DNA of 64,000 nt from Podarcis erhardii (Eukaryota): assembly GCA_964252035.1 (NCBI GenBank), contig OZ176213.1; one strand, written 5' to 3'. The translations under genes and the position numbers were made by a program. Below the pieces are notes generated by a model, which saw nothing but the letters and a program-made list of their open reading frames with translations, ran no database searches and was not told the DNA's origin. Below are positions 13,521 through 24,701 of this stretch, piece after piece. How positions within the stretch are numbered: position 1 is the first letter of the stretch; every line of letters begins with the position of its first letter.

Positions 13521-15123
13521 AGCCCAAAAATACACTAATATCCAAAAATACACTAATATGTGGAGCATTCTGCTGTCCATCAGTTTTTTTCAACTTTTGA
13601 GGGTCAGCTGACATGTCTGCAGGTGGGGAGCGTTGCCGTTGTGGTCGGATTCTGCTTGTGGGCTTCCCTTGGGCATCTGGTTGGCCAAGGGGAGAGAAGA
13701 ATGCTGGACTAGAAAGCCCTTTTGCCTGATCCAGCAGGACCCAGTTTCTGCGAATCAAAAGCAGGAAGGGTTCTATTGTCTACAGGTCCTTCTTCTGGAC
13801 TTCCCATGGGTTGACCACCTTGAGAACAGGATGCTGGGCTACATCTGGACCACTGGCTTGATCCTGCAGTTCTTGGTCTTATGTTTCTCCCCCCCCCCCT
13901 TATAATTATTACAGTTTTTCCCTGCAGAAGAAATAACACAAGAGTCTGATTGCAATCCTCAGTTAATGTCTGACGCCTCTGAATTTCCAGAAACCAACAA
14001 TTGTTAAAGTGCAATTTAATTTTTTAAAAAAATTAAAAGAGGAAAGCATATGGAAAGAGCAAACTGCATTAACATCTGTTCTTTCTCCCATCTGCTGTCT
14101 TTGGCTTTGCTCTTGCCCAGATCTGTCCAACTGGCTAGATTTCCAAGGAGGCTCATTGCTTATGAGCTATTTCTTCCAATAAAGTTCATTATTTTTTCTT
14201 CATCATGACTGAAATGGAGAAACGTCTCTCTCAAATGCAGAACAGCTTTTTGAGAGAGGTTTGTTGTTGTTTTTTCCCCTTAATGAAAAGAGCTGGATGT
14301 TGAGAGAACAGGTGGAATATAAAATGGATCTGGCTGGGTTGTGAGTTGTTGTTTTTTAAAATGTCATGCTATCCAAAACAATTGTGAGATCACCTGGATC
14401 TGTTATCTTTTGTTTATCTCAGAGTCTGTCTCCTGTTTCAAGCCTTGCGCCACCTTTCTGAAATTCAAGGTATCTGCCACATAACAAAGAATAATATTTA
14501 AAACCAATTGGCTATTACAGTTTCTTTCTTTTAAAAAGGGAGCCAGGAAGGTCATGCTAGGCAACAAGCCTATAAATTTATATGCATTTTTCACTGATTG
14601 TTGTAAGTATTGTGGGGGAACCTCTCCTGTTCTGTTCCTTTATATCAGGGCCACAGCACAAAAGGCCCTGCTCCCAATGTGACCAGTTCAACACTGAAAG
14701 GGACTGCCTAGGAGAGATGTGGGCAGGGCAGAGGAGGAAACCAATGTATGCTTAAGCTGCAAGGGTTTGATGTACATTTGCTTTCCTTATGTCTTTTGCC
14801 AACCGGCTCAGCCCAACTGAAACTGTAGCCAAAAGTGTGTGTTAGGCTCCACTATAACAGGGTCAGGGAGGTCTGTGCACTCCAGGTGTTGCTGAATTAC
14901 ATCTCCCCTCATCCCTGGCCTCTATCATCTACCACCCAGGCAAGGCAGAGACATTATCAGAGAGCCAGGACATATACCAGCCGGTCAAAAACACTTGGAA
15001 GAGGGTGCAAAATAAGCAAGAAGAACCCCACTGGATCAGGCCATTGGCTGTTCTAGTCCAGCATCCCGTTCTCACAGTGGCCAACCAGTGGCCATAGGAA
15101 ACCCTCGAGCAGGACCCGAGTGT

Positions 15124-15370
15124 AAGAAGAAGAGGAGTTTGGATTTGATATCCTGCTTTATCACTACCCGAAGGAGTCTCAAAGCAGCTAACAATTTCCT
15201 TTCCCTTCCCCACAACAAACACTCTGTGAGGTGAGTGAGGCTGAGAGACTTCAGAGAAGTGTGACTAGCCCAAGGTCACCCAGCAGCTGCATGTGGAGGA
15301 GCGGAGACGCGAACCCGGTTCCCCAGATTACGAGTCTCCCGCTCTTAGCCACTACACCACACTGGCTCTC
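15124..15370 (-). mobile_element. Young tRNA-CORE SINE (Squam3B-like)
   Basis: Minus strand starts GAGAGCCAGTGTGGTGTAGTGG, has B box GGTTCGCGTC and the CORE region, and ends AAACTCCTCTTCTTCTT. No clear TSD. Confidence 0.85.
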
Positions 15371-15633
15371 CTCTTTGTCATTTACAGCAACTGTTATTCA
15401 CAAGCATTGCTTGCCTGCTTGTGGAGACAGAGCAGAGCCATCCTGGCCTGTAGCCATTGATAGCCTTCTCCCCCCATGATTCATCCAGTCCTCTTTTAAA
15501 GCCACCCACATTAGTGGCCATTACTGCCTCCTGTGGGAGAGAGTTTCATAGTTCAACTCTGCACTACATGAAGAAGTACTGTCCTGAATCATCCAGCATT
15601 CAGCTTCATTGGATGCCCACAAGTTCTAGTATT

Positions 15634-15879
15634 GAGAGCCAATGTGGTGTAGTGGTTAAGAGCAGTGGACTCATAATCTGGTGAACCGGGTTCGATTCCC
15701 CGCTCCTCCACATGCAGCTGCTGGGTGACCTTAGGCCAGTCACACTTCTTTGAAGTCTCTCAGCCCCACTCACCTCACAGAGTGTTTGTTGTGGGGGAGG
15801 AAGGGAAAGGAGAATGTTAGCCGCTTTGAGACTCCTTCGGGTAGTGATAAAGCGGGATATCAAATCCAAATCCAAACTC
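15634..15879 (+). mobile_element. Young tRNA-CORE SINE (Squam3B-like), inverted relative to the 15124 copy
   Basis: GAGAGCCAATGTGGTGTAGTGGTTAAG...GGTTCGATTCCCC. 10-bp TSD ttctagtatt at 15624-15633 and 15880-15889. Confidence 0.88.
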
Positions 15880-16054
15880 TTCTAGTATTATGAGAGAGAG
15901 GGAGAGGGAGGGAGGAGAAAAACTTTACTCTGTCCACTCTCTCCATGCCACACATAATTTTAAAAACTTCTGTCACCTTGACTCGCCTTTCCTCTAAACT
16001 AAAAAGTCCCAAACACTGCAACCTTTCCCTATAAGGCAGAGACTCCATCCCCTT

Positions 16055-16746
16055 CAGTGCCAGATTTACGTACAGTGGTACCTCTGGTTGTGAACGGGAT
16101 CCGTTCCGGAGCCCCGTTCACAACATGAGCAGAACGCAACCCGCGTCTGTGCGTGCGTGGGTTGCGATTTGCCAATTCTGCACATGACGTCATTTAGCAC
16201 ATCTGCGCGAGCGGCGAAACCCGGAAGTAACCCTTTCCGGTACTTCCGGGTCGCCGCGGGACGTATCCTGAAAGAACGCAACATGAAGCAGACGTAACAA
16301 GAAGTATGACTGTATAAGCTAAACAAGCTATAGCTTAGGGCCCTACACTCTTGGGAGGGCAAAAAAATAAAGGAAAAAACCCTTGATGTATATTTCTAAA
16401 ATATAAGATAAAAAACTAATAAAATAAAACCTACGTACAGCAACATTGTTTTGTGTTGTTTAGGCTCCTGTGATGTAAGCAATTGGCCCTGCCTGCTAGC
16501 CTGCTCCCTAAAATATCACTGGTTTGCTCATTTCTATATATAGGGTGCCTACATTCTGCATGGATGGGTTGCAGGGCAACATGTGCAAATGGCTTTAGAT
16601 ACCTATTAGGTCCATAAATGACCATATAACATATATTCAACACAAAAAACAGCGACAATTTGTTGTTGACAAAGGACAGCTGGACATATAAAGGGCCCCA
16701 TTACCTTCAGTAGCTTAGGGCCTCATCAAACCTAAATCTGGCCCTG
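16055..16746. mobile_element. Non-autonomous hAT transposon, interrupted by a mariner-type MITE
   Basis: 14-bp TIR CAGTGCCAGATTTA / TAAATCTGGCCCTG. 8-bp TSD atcccctt (16047-16054) / attccctt (16747-16754). Confidence 0.85.
16073..16312 (+). mobile_element. Tc1/mariner-class MITE, family B copy 1, 240 bp
   Basis: TA|CAGTGGTACCTC...GAAGTATGACTG|TA; inserted at a TA 18 bp inside the hAT left end. Confidence 0.85.
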
Positions 16747-18172
16747 ATTCCCTTGATCATTCTGGTTGTGCTTACCTGAACCTCTTCCAACTCTCCCATA
16801 TGCTTTTTTGAGGTGAGGCAACCAGAACATAGTATTCTGAAAGCGCTTGCACCACAGACCCAGTGACGCGTGTTGCCTGGAAGACAAAGAAGTGTCTGAG
16901 GATGGGGGTGGCCTGGGGGGGGGTAGTCCTGAGCACTGTATTTGCCCCCCCCCAAGCATGAGGCTTCCCACCCCTCCTGCAAAGCCTAATGCACGTTGAC
17001 CCTAACAGTAACGATAAGAAAAAGTCTCAGCCTGTTTATGTTGTCAAATTTTATCCCTCTTCTTCTTGAAGGAGCTTGGGGCACTTATAGAGAGCAGAGG
17101 GTTATGGGGGGGGGATTTGGGGAGGGGGTCAATGTTGAGCTGAGAAATGGAACTGGGCCAAATGCCAGCTCTTGACCTTCACGGCTCAGCTTAGCCATGT
17201 TAACACATCAGCCACCTGCTTGCAGCGTTTCCGCCCCACAAATGGCATGGGAAACAGGCCTTCAGCATAAGGCAAACATCTGTTTGGAGGAGCAGAGGCT
17301 TTTAAACATCTCCAGGTTTTGTTTTTTGTTTTTAATATTTTTTTTAAGTTCACCTTGTTTCCCATTTTTTTCACTCGTGCTTTTTAAATCGAGCGGTTTC
17401 ACTCAGCTCAGTGAAGTGTGTTAGGAACATCTGCTTTTGGAGTAACCGGGAACAGTTTAGAGAAAGCAACTGATAGCAGGCGATGAGCAGATGCTGATTC
17501 TTGAGAGCTGGAAGCCGAGAGGGAAATTAATAAGAGTCTTTCAACAGGGCTTAACCATGGAGTGCTCTCAGTCCACTTTTTATTGGCCTGGGAAACAGCC
17601 AGGTTGGAGCTCAACAGGGCACAGCCAAGGCACATGTATACTAGTCTCCTAAGTTCTATTAGTTTTTATCTTCATTGTTAATGGTGATGGTTTTTAATTG
17701 GTTTGTGGGTTTCGGCCACGTTTGATCTATGGTTTTGTTTGTACTGCTTGGAAAGCATGCGCACGTCTCTAAATTTTCTAAATCAATAAATGAAATATGG
17801 TAGGCAGGGAATGAATAGTCCCAGTGGGAACAAAGGCACCAATAAGAGCGTTGTGTTTTTTTCAAAGGCTGATCACAAGAGTGGAAGGGAGGATTTTCAT
17901 TGAGATCACAACTTGGGGAGCATCCTGCGGTTCCGATAAAAATCGCCACCTTGCACCAACCGTTACATTTTCTGAAAACCTGATGTTCTTTTTTGGAGGA
18001 TAAGGCTATCAATGTCCACTAGCCGAAATGGCTTTGTTTGACCTCCACTGTCAGAGGAAGTAAGCCTCTGAATGTCAGTTGTCGGAAACCAGTGGAGGGG
18101 AGAGTGCTCTGGCGCTCAGATTCTGCTTGCGGACTTACCAAGAGACATCTGGTTGGCCACTGTGAGAACAGG

Positions 18173-18317
18173 ATCATAGAATCATAAGAGTTGGAAGGGA
18201 CCCGGAGGATCATCTAGTCCAATCCTCTGCAACAAAAGAATATGCAGCTGTCCCATATGGGAATTGAACCTGCAACCTTGGCATTATGAGTGCCACACTC
18301 TAACCAACTGAGCTATC
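18173..18317 (-). mobile_element. SINE with tRNA-Ile(AAU)-derived head and CR1-type 3' tail
   Basis: Minus strand TAGCTCAGTTGGTTAGAGTGTGGCACTCATAATGCCAAGGTTGCAGGTTCAATTCCCATATGGGAC resembles tRNA-Ile with CpG decay. Tail GGACTAGATGATCCTCCGGGTCCCTTCCAACTCTTATGATTCTATGAT. Confidence 0.78.
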
Positions 18318-18338
18318 AGAGACTTATGATCTTAAAGA

Positions 18339-18476
18339 CCTTCTTTGGAGGTCTTTAAGCAGAGGCTTGACAACCATATGTCAGGAGTGCTCTGATGGTG
18401 TTTCCTGCTTGGCAGGGGGTTGGACTCGATGGCCCTTGTGGTCTCTTCCAACTCTATGATTCTATGATTCTATGAT
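18339..18476 (+). mobile_element. Young CR1 3' end, severely 5'-truncated, (ATTCTATG)n tail
   Basis: 128 nt (18339-18466) are the exact reverse complement of 50677-50804. Confidence 0.88.
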
Positions 18477-20233
18477 GCTGGACTAGATGGGCCTGTGGCC
18501 TAATCCAGCAGGGCTCTTCCTACTTTCTTGGAAGCTATTTTTATCCACTTGTCTAGAAATGTTCCCACTAAACCAAGACTGGCCAGTGTGGCTGCTCTCC
18601 AGATACAACTGGACTCCCAGCTCCCATCTTCCCCCATGGTCAAGGACGATGGGTGTGGCAGTCCAGCAACAACTAGAGGATGCCTTATTGGCTACCCCTG
18701 CACTAAATCATTCAAGTTTTGCCCTTCTGTTTTCATACATGCAGGTGTGTTTTTTTGAGCAACATACGTATAATTTCTGTATATGTTATCTGTACCGAAC
18801 CTATGTCATAACCGAAAAGAAATCAGGCTGAGGACATTGGCAAGGCATCGTAAAACACTACTGTGTTTCTGCCTTTCCTTTGCAAAACATATGAACAACT
18901 GCGCATGCACAGCGACTAATATTAATATTAATTGTATCATTACCAAATAGATTCTGTGGTTCTCGTCCGTTGGGGGCTGGGGGGGGATCCCAGCCCCCAC
19001 AAAAGGCAAGAACATCCCAATAATCTCATTAAAATGAAAGAAGCCGCCATGTTCAATTAGCATAAGTAACCCCAATTTGTAGCAATTGCTTGAGGATAAA
19101 GAAAACAGGACAACAAATCATGCAAATGAATAATGCTTAGTCTGTCACAGCAGTGGGAGTGACAGTTCAGTAGAGAAGTTCTGGGTATAATGTTAATAAG
19201 CTTTACATTTTTTACATTTGTCTTGCTCTGCTTGAATTATGTTTTCTTTTCAAAGCGATAATGACCCAAAACTACCGAGAGCAAAGAGTTTGAATGTAGG
19301 GCGGCAAACATGCAGAATGCTTCCTCCGAATTCGGCTGTGCTGAATGGCTCCGTGCCCCAGAGCGGAATTCGTTTTACTTATTATTTATATCAATCGTTC
19401 TAGGCTGCATTTTGACCCAAAGGGAGCCAAAGCAGCTCTCAGTGTAAAATCCCCCCTCACCCACACAAAAAAACATCCTAGTCATAAAGCATCGCAACAA
19501 AAAACACATTTTAAAATAATGTAGCGAACAGCAGAGTGGAACGGAACCATAAAATGGATGGAATCGAAGCCATCTCTCCAAATGGAAGACCAAACAGCAG
19601 TGGGAGCTAGTGCCCATTGGGCAGAAGGCAGGGAGACCAACAGTAGGGGGAGCCAGAGCTAATGGGAGGCAGAACCACCACCTGACTGGTTGTAAGGAAG
19701 GAAGGCAGAAGTTGGTAGGGCCCAGCCTTCCAGTGCCAGTAAGGCAAGAGTGGGTAACCCATAACCTTGTCAGAGCTAACTAATTCTAATTTGGTCCTCA
19801 TCCTCTTCCCTGCTGTGTTCTACACAGTTCTAACTTCCATGCAGCTTTATATTTCAACAGGAACTTTAAAGAGTTTATATAGCTCAAGAAAATCCATTTT
19901 TTAAAAGAGATTTAAAAAAAAAAACAGAATGGAAGAGACAGAAGAGAAATGATTCAGTTTTCCAGGGGTGGCTAGCATGGTGCCCTCCAGATGTTCCTCA
20001 ATACATTGCTACATTTCCCAGCACCCTTCACAAACAATGACTCATGTTCCCATGATTCTTTGGAAGGAGCTATTGTGCTTTAAATGTGCATTGAATATGC
20101 TTTCAAGGTCTGGTGCAGATGTAACGATGGACCAACGGTCTGATTCAGTGTCAGGCACCTTGGAGATCCACACAGGCCGGTGACCATCCCGAATTATCAG
20201 AGCAATAATCGTTTTCCCCCTTTGCTTCTGCAG

Positions 20234-20765
20234 GACGGCTACTTTTCCCACCGGCCGAAGGAGAAAATGCGGACGGACAGCAACAACGAAAACTCTGTCC
20301 CCAAGGACTTGGAAAATATAGACAATAGCAACTTTGCTCCCAGGACGCAGAAGCAGAAGCACCAGGTGGAGCTGGTGAAAAAGCCCCTGAGCAAGCAGAA
20401 GGAGCGTTTGCGGAGGAAGCTGGAGCAGGAGGAGAAGGTGAAAGAGAACTCGCTCCTGGGGAAAAGCTCCAATGAGGTGCTGCAGTACGGCCACCCAGCC
20501 CCAAAGACCAGCATCAATGGCAGCCAGTTGAAAGATATCCACAGGTCCCAGGCCAGGCAGCACCATCTGAAGAAGAATGGGAACAGCTCTCCTGAACTCG
20601 CCTACGAGCAGCCGCCCAAATGCGAAATCTCGGGCAAGGAGGCCATCTCCGCGCTCTCCCGAGCCAAATCCAAGCAGTGTCGGCAGGAGATTGCTGAGAT
20701 GTACTGTCAGCACAAGCAAGGGAAGCTGATGCCAGAGCAAGTGACTCGTTTCTGCCCTCTGGAAG
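20234..20765 (+). CDS. XYLT1: Xylosyltransferase 1, exon orthologous to human exon 3 (luminal stem region), 532 nt, phase 0 to 1
   Basis: Acceptor ttctgcag|GAC, donor GAAG|gtaagt. Translates [25 protein letters not shown]...[27 protein letters not shown]...VTRFCPLE, matching XYLT1 as I recall it. Confidence 0.97.
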
Positions 20766-20819
20766 GTAAGTTGGCCCATGAGGAAAGGAGAGATGTGGCT
20801 GCCACTCCTGATTTTCAAG

Positions 20820-21020
20820 TAACATAATACAGGGAGCCCTAAAAATGTGCTCTCGAGTTTCAAGCGTGGGGAGGGAGTTTTGCGACTTAGGGACCGCCAC
20901 AGAGAATGCCCTCTCCCCAGCCACCACCACCTGAGCTTCAAGACGGCATCCTCCACGGATCTTAGCCCCTGAGAGGGTCTGTAGGGAAGGAGGTGGTATT
21001 TGAGGCTCCCCCCATTTAGG
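20820..21020 (-). mobile_element. Degenerate L2-type LINE fragment just downstream of exon 3
   Basis: gggagggagttt...ggaccgccacagagaatgccctctcc is the reverse complement of the L2 'RAFSVAVP..WNSLP' region. Confidence 0.55.
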
Positions 21021-21715
21021 GCTTTGAATGCTAATGATAGTGCACGCTAACACACTGCTCACTCTACTGCTTGGCTGCCTTCTTCATCAGCTCTACTTGC
21101 CTGCTTCAAGATGGACACTGTCGATCTTGCTTGCTAGTAATCTGGGGGCAGAGCTGCTGGATTCAGTCACATTTCAACCAGTCCTCTCTACTCTCAGAAA
21201 TCAAACACATAGGCAGATGGTTAGACTAGAAAAACGTTGAGGAGAGTTCTGCTAGATCAGCCCATCAGGCCTAGCATCCTTTTCTGACACTGGCTAACAA
21301 GCAACTGGTCTTCAGAAGCACAGGGCCTCTGTGGGTAGCAAACAGCCACAGCCAGCCTTATCCTCAGGACAGACAAAAGAAGGTCTTCTTCACACAGTGC
21401 ATAGTTAAACTGTGGGACTTGTTGTCACCGGAGGCTGCCATGTTGGTTGGCTTTAAAACAGGTAGACAAATTGGTGGAGGTGAAGATTACTGGCGGCTGC
21501 TAGCCCTGATGGCTGTGTTCTGCCACCATCTTGAGAGGGAGTAATGCTTCTGAGTACCAGTTGTTGAAAACACAGGAGGTGAGAATGCTGTTGCACTGGG
21601 GGTCCTGCTTCTGGGCATCCCACAGGCATCTGGTTGGCCACCTTGAAAACAAGATGCTGGACTAGAAGGGCCATTAGCCTGATGCAGCATCTTCTTGAAC
21701 TGTTCTTACATTCTA

Positions 21716-21880
21716 GTAAAGGTACCCCAACCGTTAGGTCCAGTCGTGGACGACCCTGGGGTTGCGCGCTCATCTCGCTCTATAGGCTGAGGGAGCCGGC
21801 ATTTGTCCTCAGACAGCTTCCAGGTCATGTGGCCACCAGGACTAAGCCGCTTCTGGGGAACCAGAGCAGCGCACAGAAAT
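21716..21880 (-). mobile_element. 5'-truncated Sauria SINE
   Basis: gtaaaggtacccc...ttaggtccagtcgtg...cagcttcc.ggtcatgtggcc...gactaagccgcttctgg.gaaccagagcagcgcac matches the 3' half of the 1473 copy. Confidence 0.85.
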
Positions 21881-22904
21881 ACATTATAATACCTCCATAA
21901 ATATCTCTCATTTGCCATTGGTTGGTGGCCATTACCTCATCCTGAGGAAGGAAACGGCATATGTCAAACTACACAATGTGTGAAATGGCATTTCCTCCTT
22001 CTGTTCCTTCTCCTCAGACACAGAGTTTTGGAGCGAGTTTTGATCAGTGCATATGCCCACCTGCATTCTGTTGTCCCTGAAGAGACTGCCAATCAAATCC
22101 CAAACAATGTCTATTTTTTAAATTAAAAAAAACAGCATTTCCATAATTTTCGGCACAACATCTGTATTCTGAGCTATGAAACGTTTACACTACAGTATTA
22201 AATTCCTTGTTGAAGCAGCTGATTGATTAAAGAACAGCGTCTTCTGGAACTCGGAAGTTCACATACAAATTTCTTTCTGGTGTAAAACCAATGACGCTCT
22301 CTCAAGTTTTGCATACCTGAAATTGCTTGGTGTTGTTTTTTAAGCCTATTTTCTTTTAATTACGCAGACGGGAAAAATAGATTGCTCTGTATTTTTTCAA
22401 TTAAATGAAATGAAATGCAAATGGAGAACATATTCTGTTACTCAGTATACACTTTCAACATAGCTGGAAGTTCAGGCTTCAAGCAACCATTAGTTCAGCA
22501 TTTTGAACACCCGTCCTAAAGCAGTTATTGCTGCGATCTTGAAAATGCACAATTACGATACTTAATAACCTCTAAAGGGATGTGACTGTCGGAAAAATGT
22601 GGGTAGCCCATTTTGAGCTTGCTTCACTTCCATTTTGAACAACATGGAAATAAGGGACAAGGTAAGGCAGGGCAGGGCTGCGTTTTGCTGCCCAATCCCT
22701 GGCATTTGCAAACTCTCCCCTTGACACCCACTGGGACATCAATCTTGGTTTCAAATTCTGGAGACACTTGCAGTTGCTTATGCTGCACTCACAGATACCA
22801 GGAAAGGCATATGCAAAATCAGGGGTGAGACTACTTGATCTAGGCTACATACACACCATACATTTAAAACACTATGATACCACTTCTTATTGTTATTGTT
22901 ATTA

Positions 22905-23133
22905 CAGTGGTACCTCTGGTTACGTACTTCATTCGTTCCGGAGGTCCGTTCTTAACCTGAAATTGTTCTTAACTTTAGCTAATGGGGCTTCCTGCTGCTG
23001 CCGCGCTATTGCAGCGCGATTTCTGTTCTCATCTGAAGCAAAGTTTTTAACCTGAGGTACTATTTCTGGGTTAGCAGAGTCTGTAACCTGAAGCGTATGT
23101 AACCTGAAGCGTATGTAACCCGAGGTACTACTG
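22905..23133 (+). mobile_element. Tc1/mariner-class MITE, family C, 229 bp
   Basis: TA|CAGTGGTACCTC...GAGGTACTACTG|TA; internal taacctgaagcgtatg duplication. Confidence 0.85.
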
Positions 23134-24248
23134 TAGCTTCCAGCAAAGATACTACTAATACTAATACCAAGACTGTACTCATACTAATAATACCAAACAT
23201 TAAAAGCTTCCAGAAACTAGGATAACATTAAAAGCTTCCCCAAACTATGATACCACTTAAACAGTCATAGTATCCCACCCAAGACTTCTGGGAGCTGTAG
23301 TTTGTTAAGAGTGCTGAGTTGTTAGGAAACCCTCTGTTCTGCTGTCAGAACTACAATTCCCAGAGTTCCCTGTGGAGAGGGCTTGATTGTTAAGCCACTC
23401 TGAGAATCGTAACTGTGTGAGGGGAATAGGAACCCCCTAAGGACTCTCAGCACCCATGGTTCCCAGTAAACAACAGCCTTGTTGTGAAGAGGGAGGGAGA
23501 CAGAATTGACACTATCATTGGAATAATGTTGCTTTTTACCTGATTGCCGCGAATGAGTCTTTGGTTTGGATGAAAGGGAGTTAATGGGCCAGAATGACTG
23601 TCTGATGTCCCTTAGTGGTCAGTGAGCAATTTGTGTCAGCCACATACTTTGTTTGGAAAAATTGCAGGTAATTGAGCCAAGATGAGTGATGGATGTCTCT
23701 TTAAGGGCACTAATTGTTAGAGGGTGATTAACCCATCCCATATCTTCCCTGGAATGTGGAAAGCCATTTGGGGAAAGTGGAACACCTTCCTCCACGTCAC
23801 CCCCTCCTAGCTAAAGGTTTGGGGTTGATGTGTGAAGTCTGCGTATGAGAGAAGCTGCACTTAAAATTTGGAAGACAGACATAGGGATAGAGAAATGAGC
23901 TGTGTCCCTGGAAGGCTGAAAATATCTTGGGGCAACTCTCTCTGGGGATCTGGTGTGGGGCAGTGGGTCTGCTGATTTGATAAGAGTGCTTAAGCGATTA
24001 GCCTCTGTCATTGCTGGAGGTGCAAAATCTATTGCCCTCCAGTTTTCTAGACTCCAGCTCCCATCAGTCCCATTCAGCATAGCCAATGTTAAGGGATGAC
24101 AGGAGCTGCAGTCCCATAACATCTGGAGAGATGCAGTTCCCTACCCCTGGCCTATGCCCGGCCTGCATATTTGAAAGTAATCGCTCTAAGTCTGCAATGA
24201 GCTCCTTGGTAGTGCTGGTGGACTCTCCTTGGTTGGAAGTATCTAAAC

Positions 24249-24386
24249 CAGCCTTTCTCAACCTGTGGGTCCCCAGATATTGTTGAACTACAACTCCCAT
24301 CACCCCTAGCTAGCAAGGCCAGAGCTCAGGGATGATGGGAGTTGTAGTCCAACAACATCTGGGGACCCACAGGTTGAGAACCGCTG
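24249..24386. mobile_element. Palindromic hAT-type MITE, 138 bp
   Basis: Arms ttctcaacctgtgggtccccagat.ttgtt.gactacaactcccatca are near-perfect inverted repeats. TSD atctaaac / ttctaaac. Confidence 0.82.
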
Positions 24387-24701
24387 TTCTAAACCAAGAT
24401 CGGGTGGCCATCTGCGAGGGATTCTTTAGCTGTGATTCCTGCTCTTGGAGTCCTTTCCAACTCTACAATTCTGTGATTCTGTTATTCTATGATCTTTCCT
24501 CTCCAAGGAAGCCAAGCCGTTGCAAAGCATTGCCCATGGAACATTTTGCTACTTTGGGGTCCCCAACACATTTTGAAATCTGTTGTGAGGACTACAAAAT
24601 ACCCATTTCACAGAAGAAAAATCAGCAGTGCTTAAAAGCGCCCCCCCAAAAAAACCAGGCAAAACATCTGCACAGACCTTAAAACGAATTAAACATATAT
24701 A

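Larger units (their letters stand above)
15012..16865 (-). mobile_element. CR1 LINE 3' portion split into four pieces (15012-15123, 15371-15633, 15890-16054, 16755-16865) by younger insertions
   Basis: Rejoined pieces give CR1 RT C-terminus ...LEEVQVSTTRMIKG|MESLPYRERLQCLGLFSLEERRVK..EVFKIMCGMERVDRVKFFS..LSHNTR| followed by the CR1 3' UTR. Confidence 0.85.

Noticed and set aside
16900-17130. G-run clusters as G-quadruplex elements
   Set aside because: Mostly isolated homopolymer G tracts inside decayed repeats, with no feature distinguishing them from background.
18245-18317. tRNA-like sequences (also 35310-35375 and the SINE heads) as tRNA genes
   Set aside because: Acceptor stems are incomplete, CpGs are decayed, and each is fused to a LINE-derived tail, so they are SINE heads.
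20144-20233. In-frame open stretch upstream of exon 3 reading [12 protein letters not shown], reminiscent of human exon 2 (DPHPSPLITLETQ)
   Set aside because: Only DPH matches, there is no AG acceptor in front of the GAT codon and no donor, and the normal pyrimidine tract and CAG acceptor follow at 20233. Most likely coincidence. The in-frame AG at 20199-20200 lacks a good pyrimidine tract.
1-20233. XYLT1 exon 2 (39-nt microexon in human) or a nested gene or snoRNA in intron 2
   Set aside because: No matching spliceable segment or convincing C/D or H/ACA structure seen by eye. A covariance-model and spliced-alignment search would be needed to exclude it fully.
20042-20956. 304-aa antisense ORF covering all of exon 3
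   Set aside because: It is in codon-to-codon register with the sense frame, which stays open whenever the exon avoids TTA/CTA/TCA codons. Its start lies in an L2 relic and the product has no recognisable domain.
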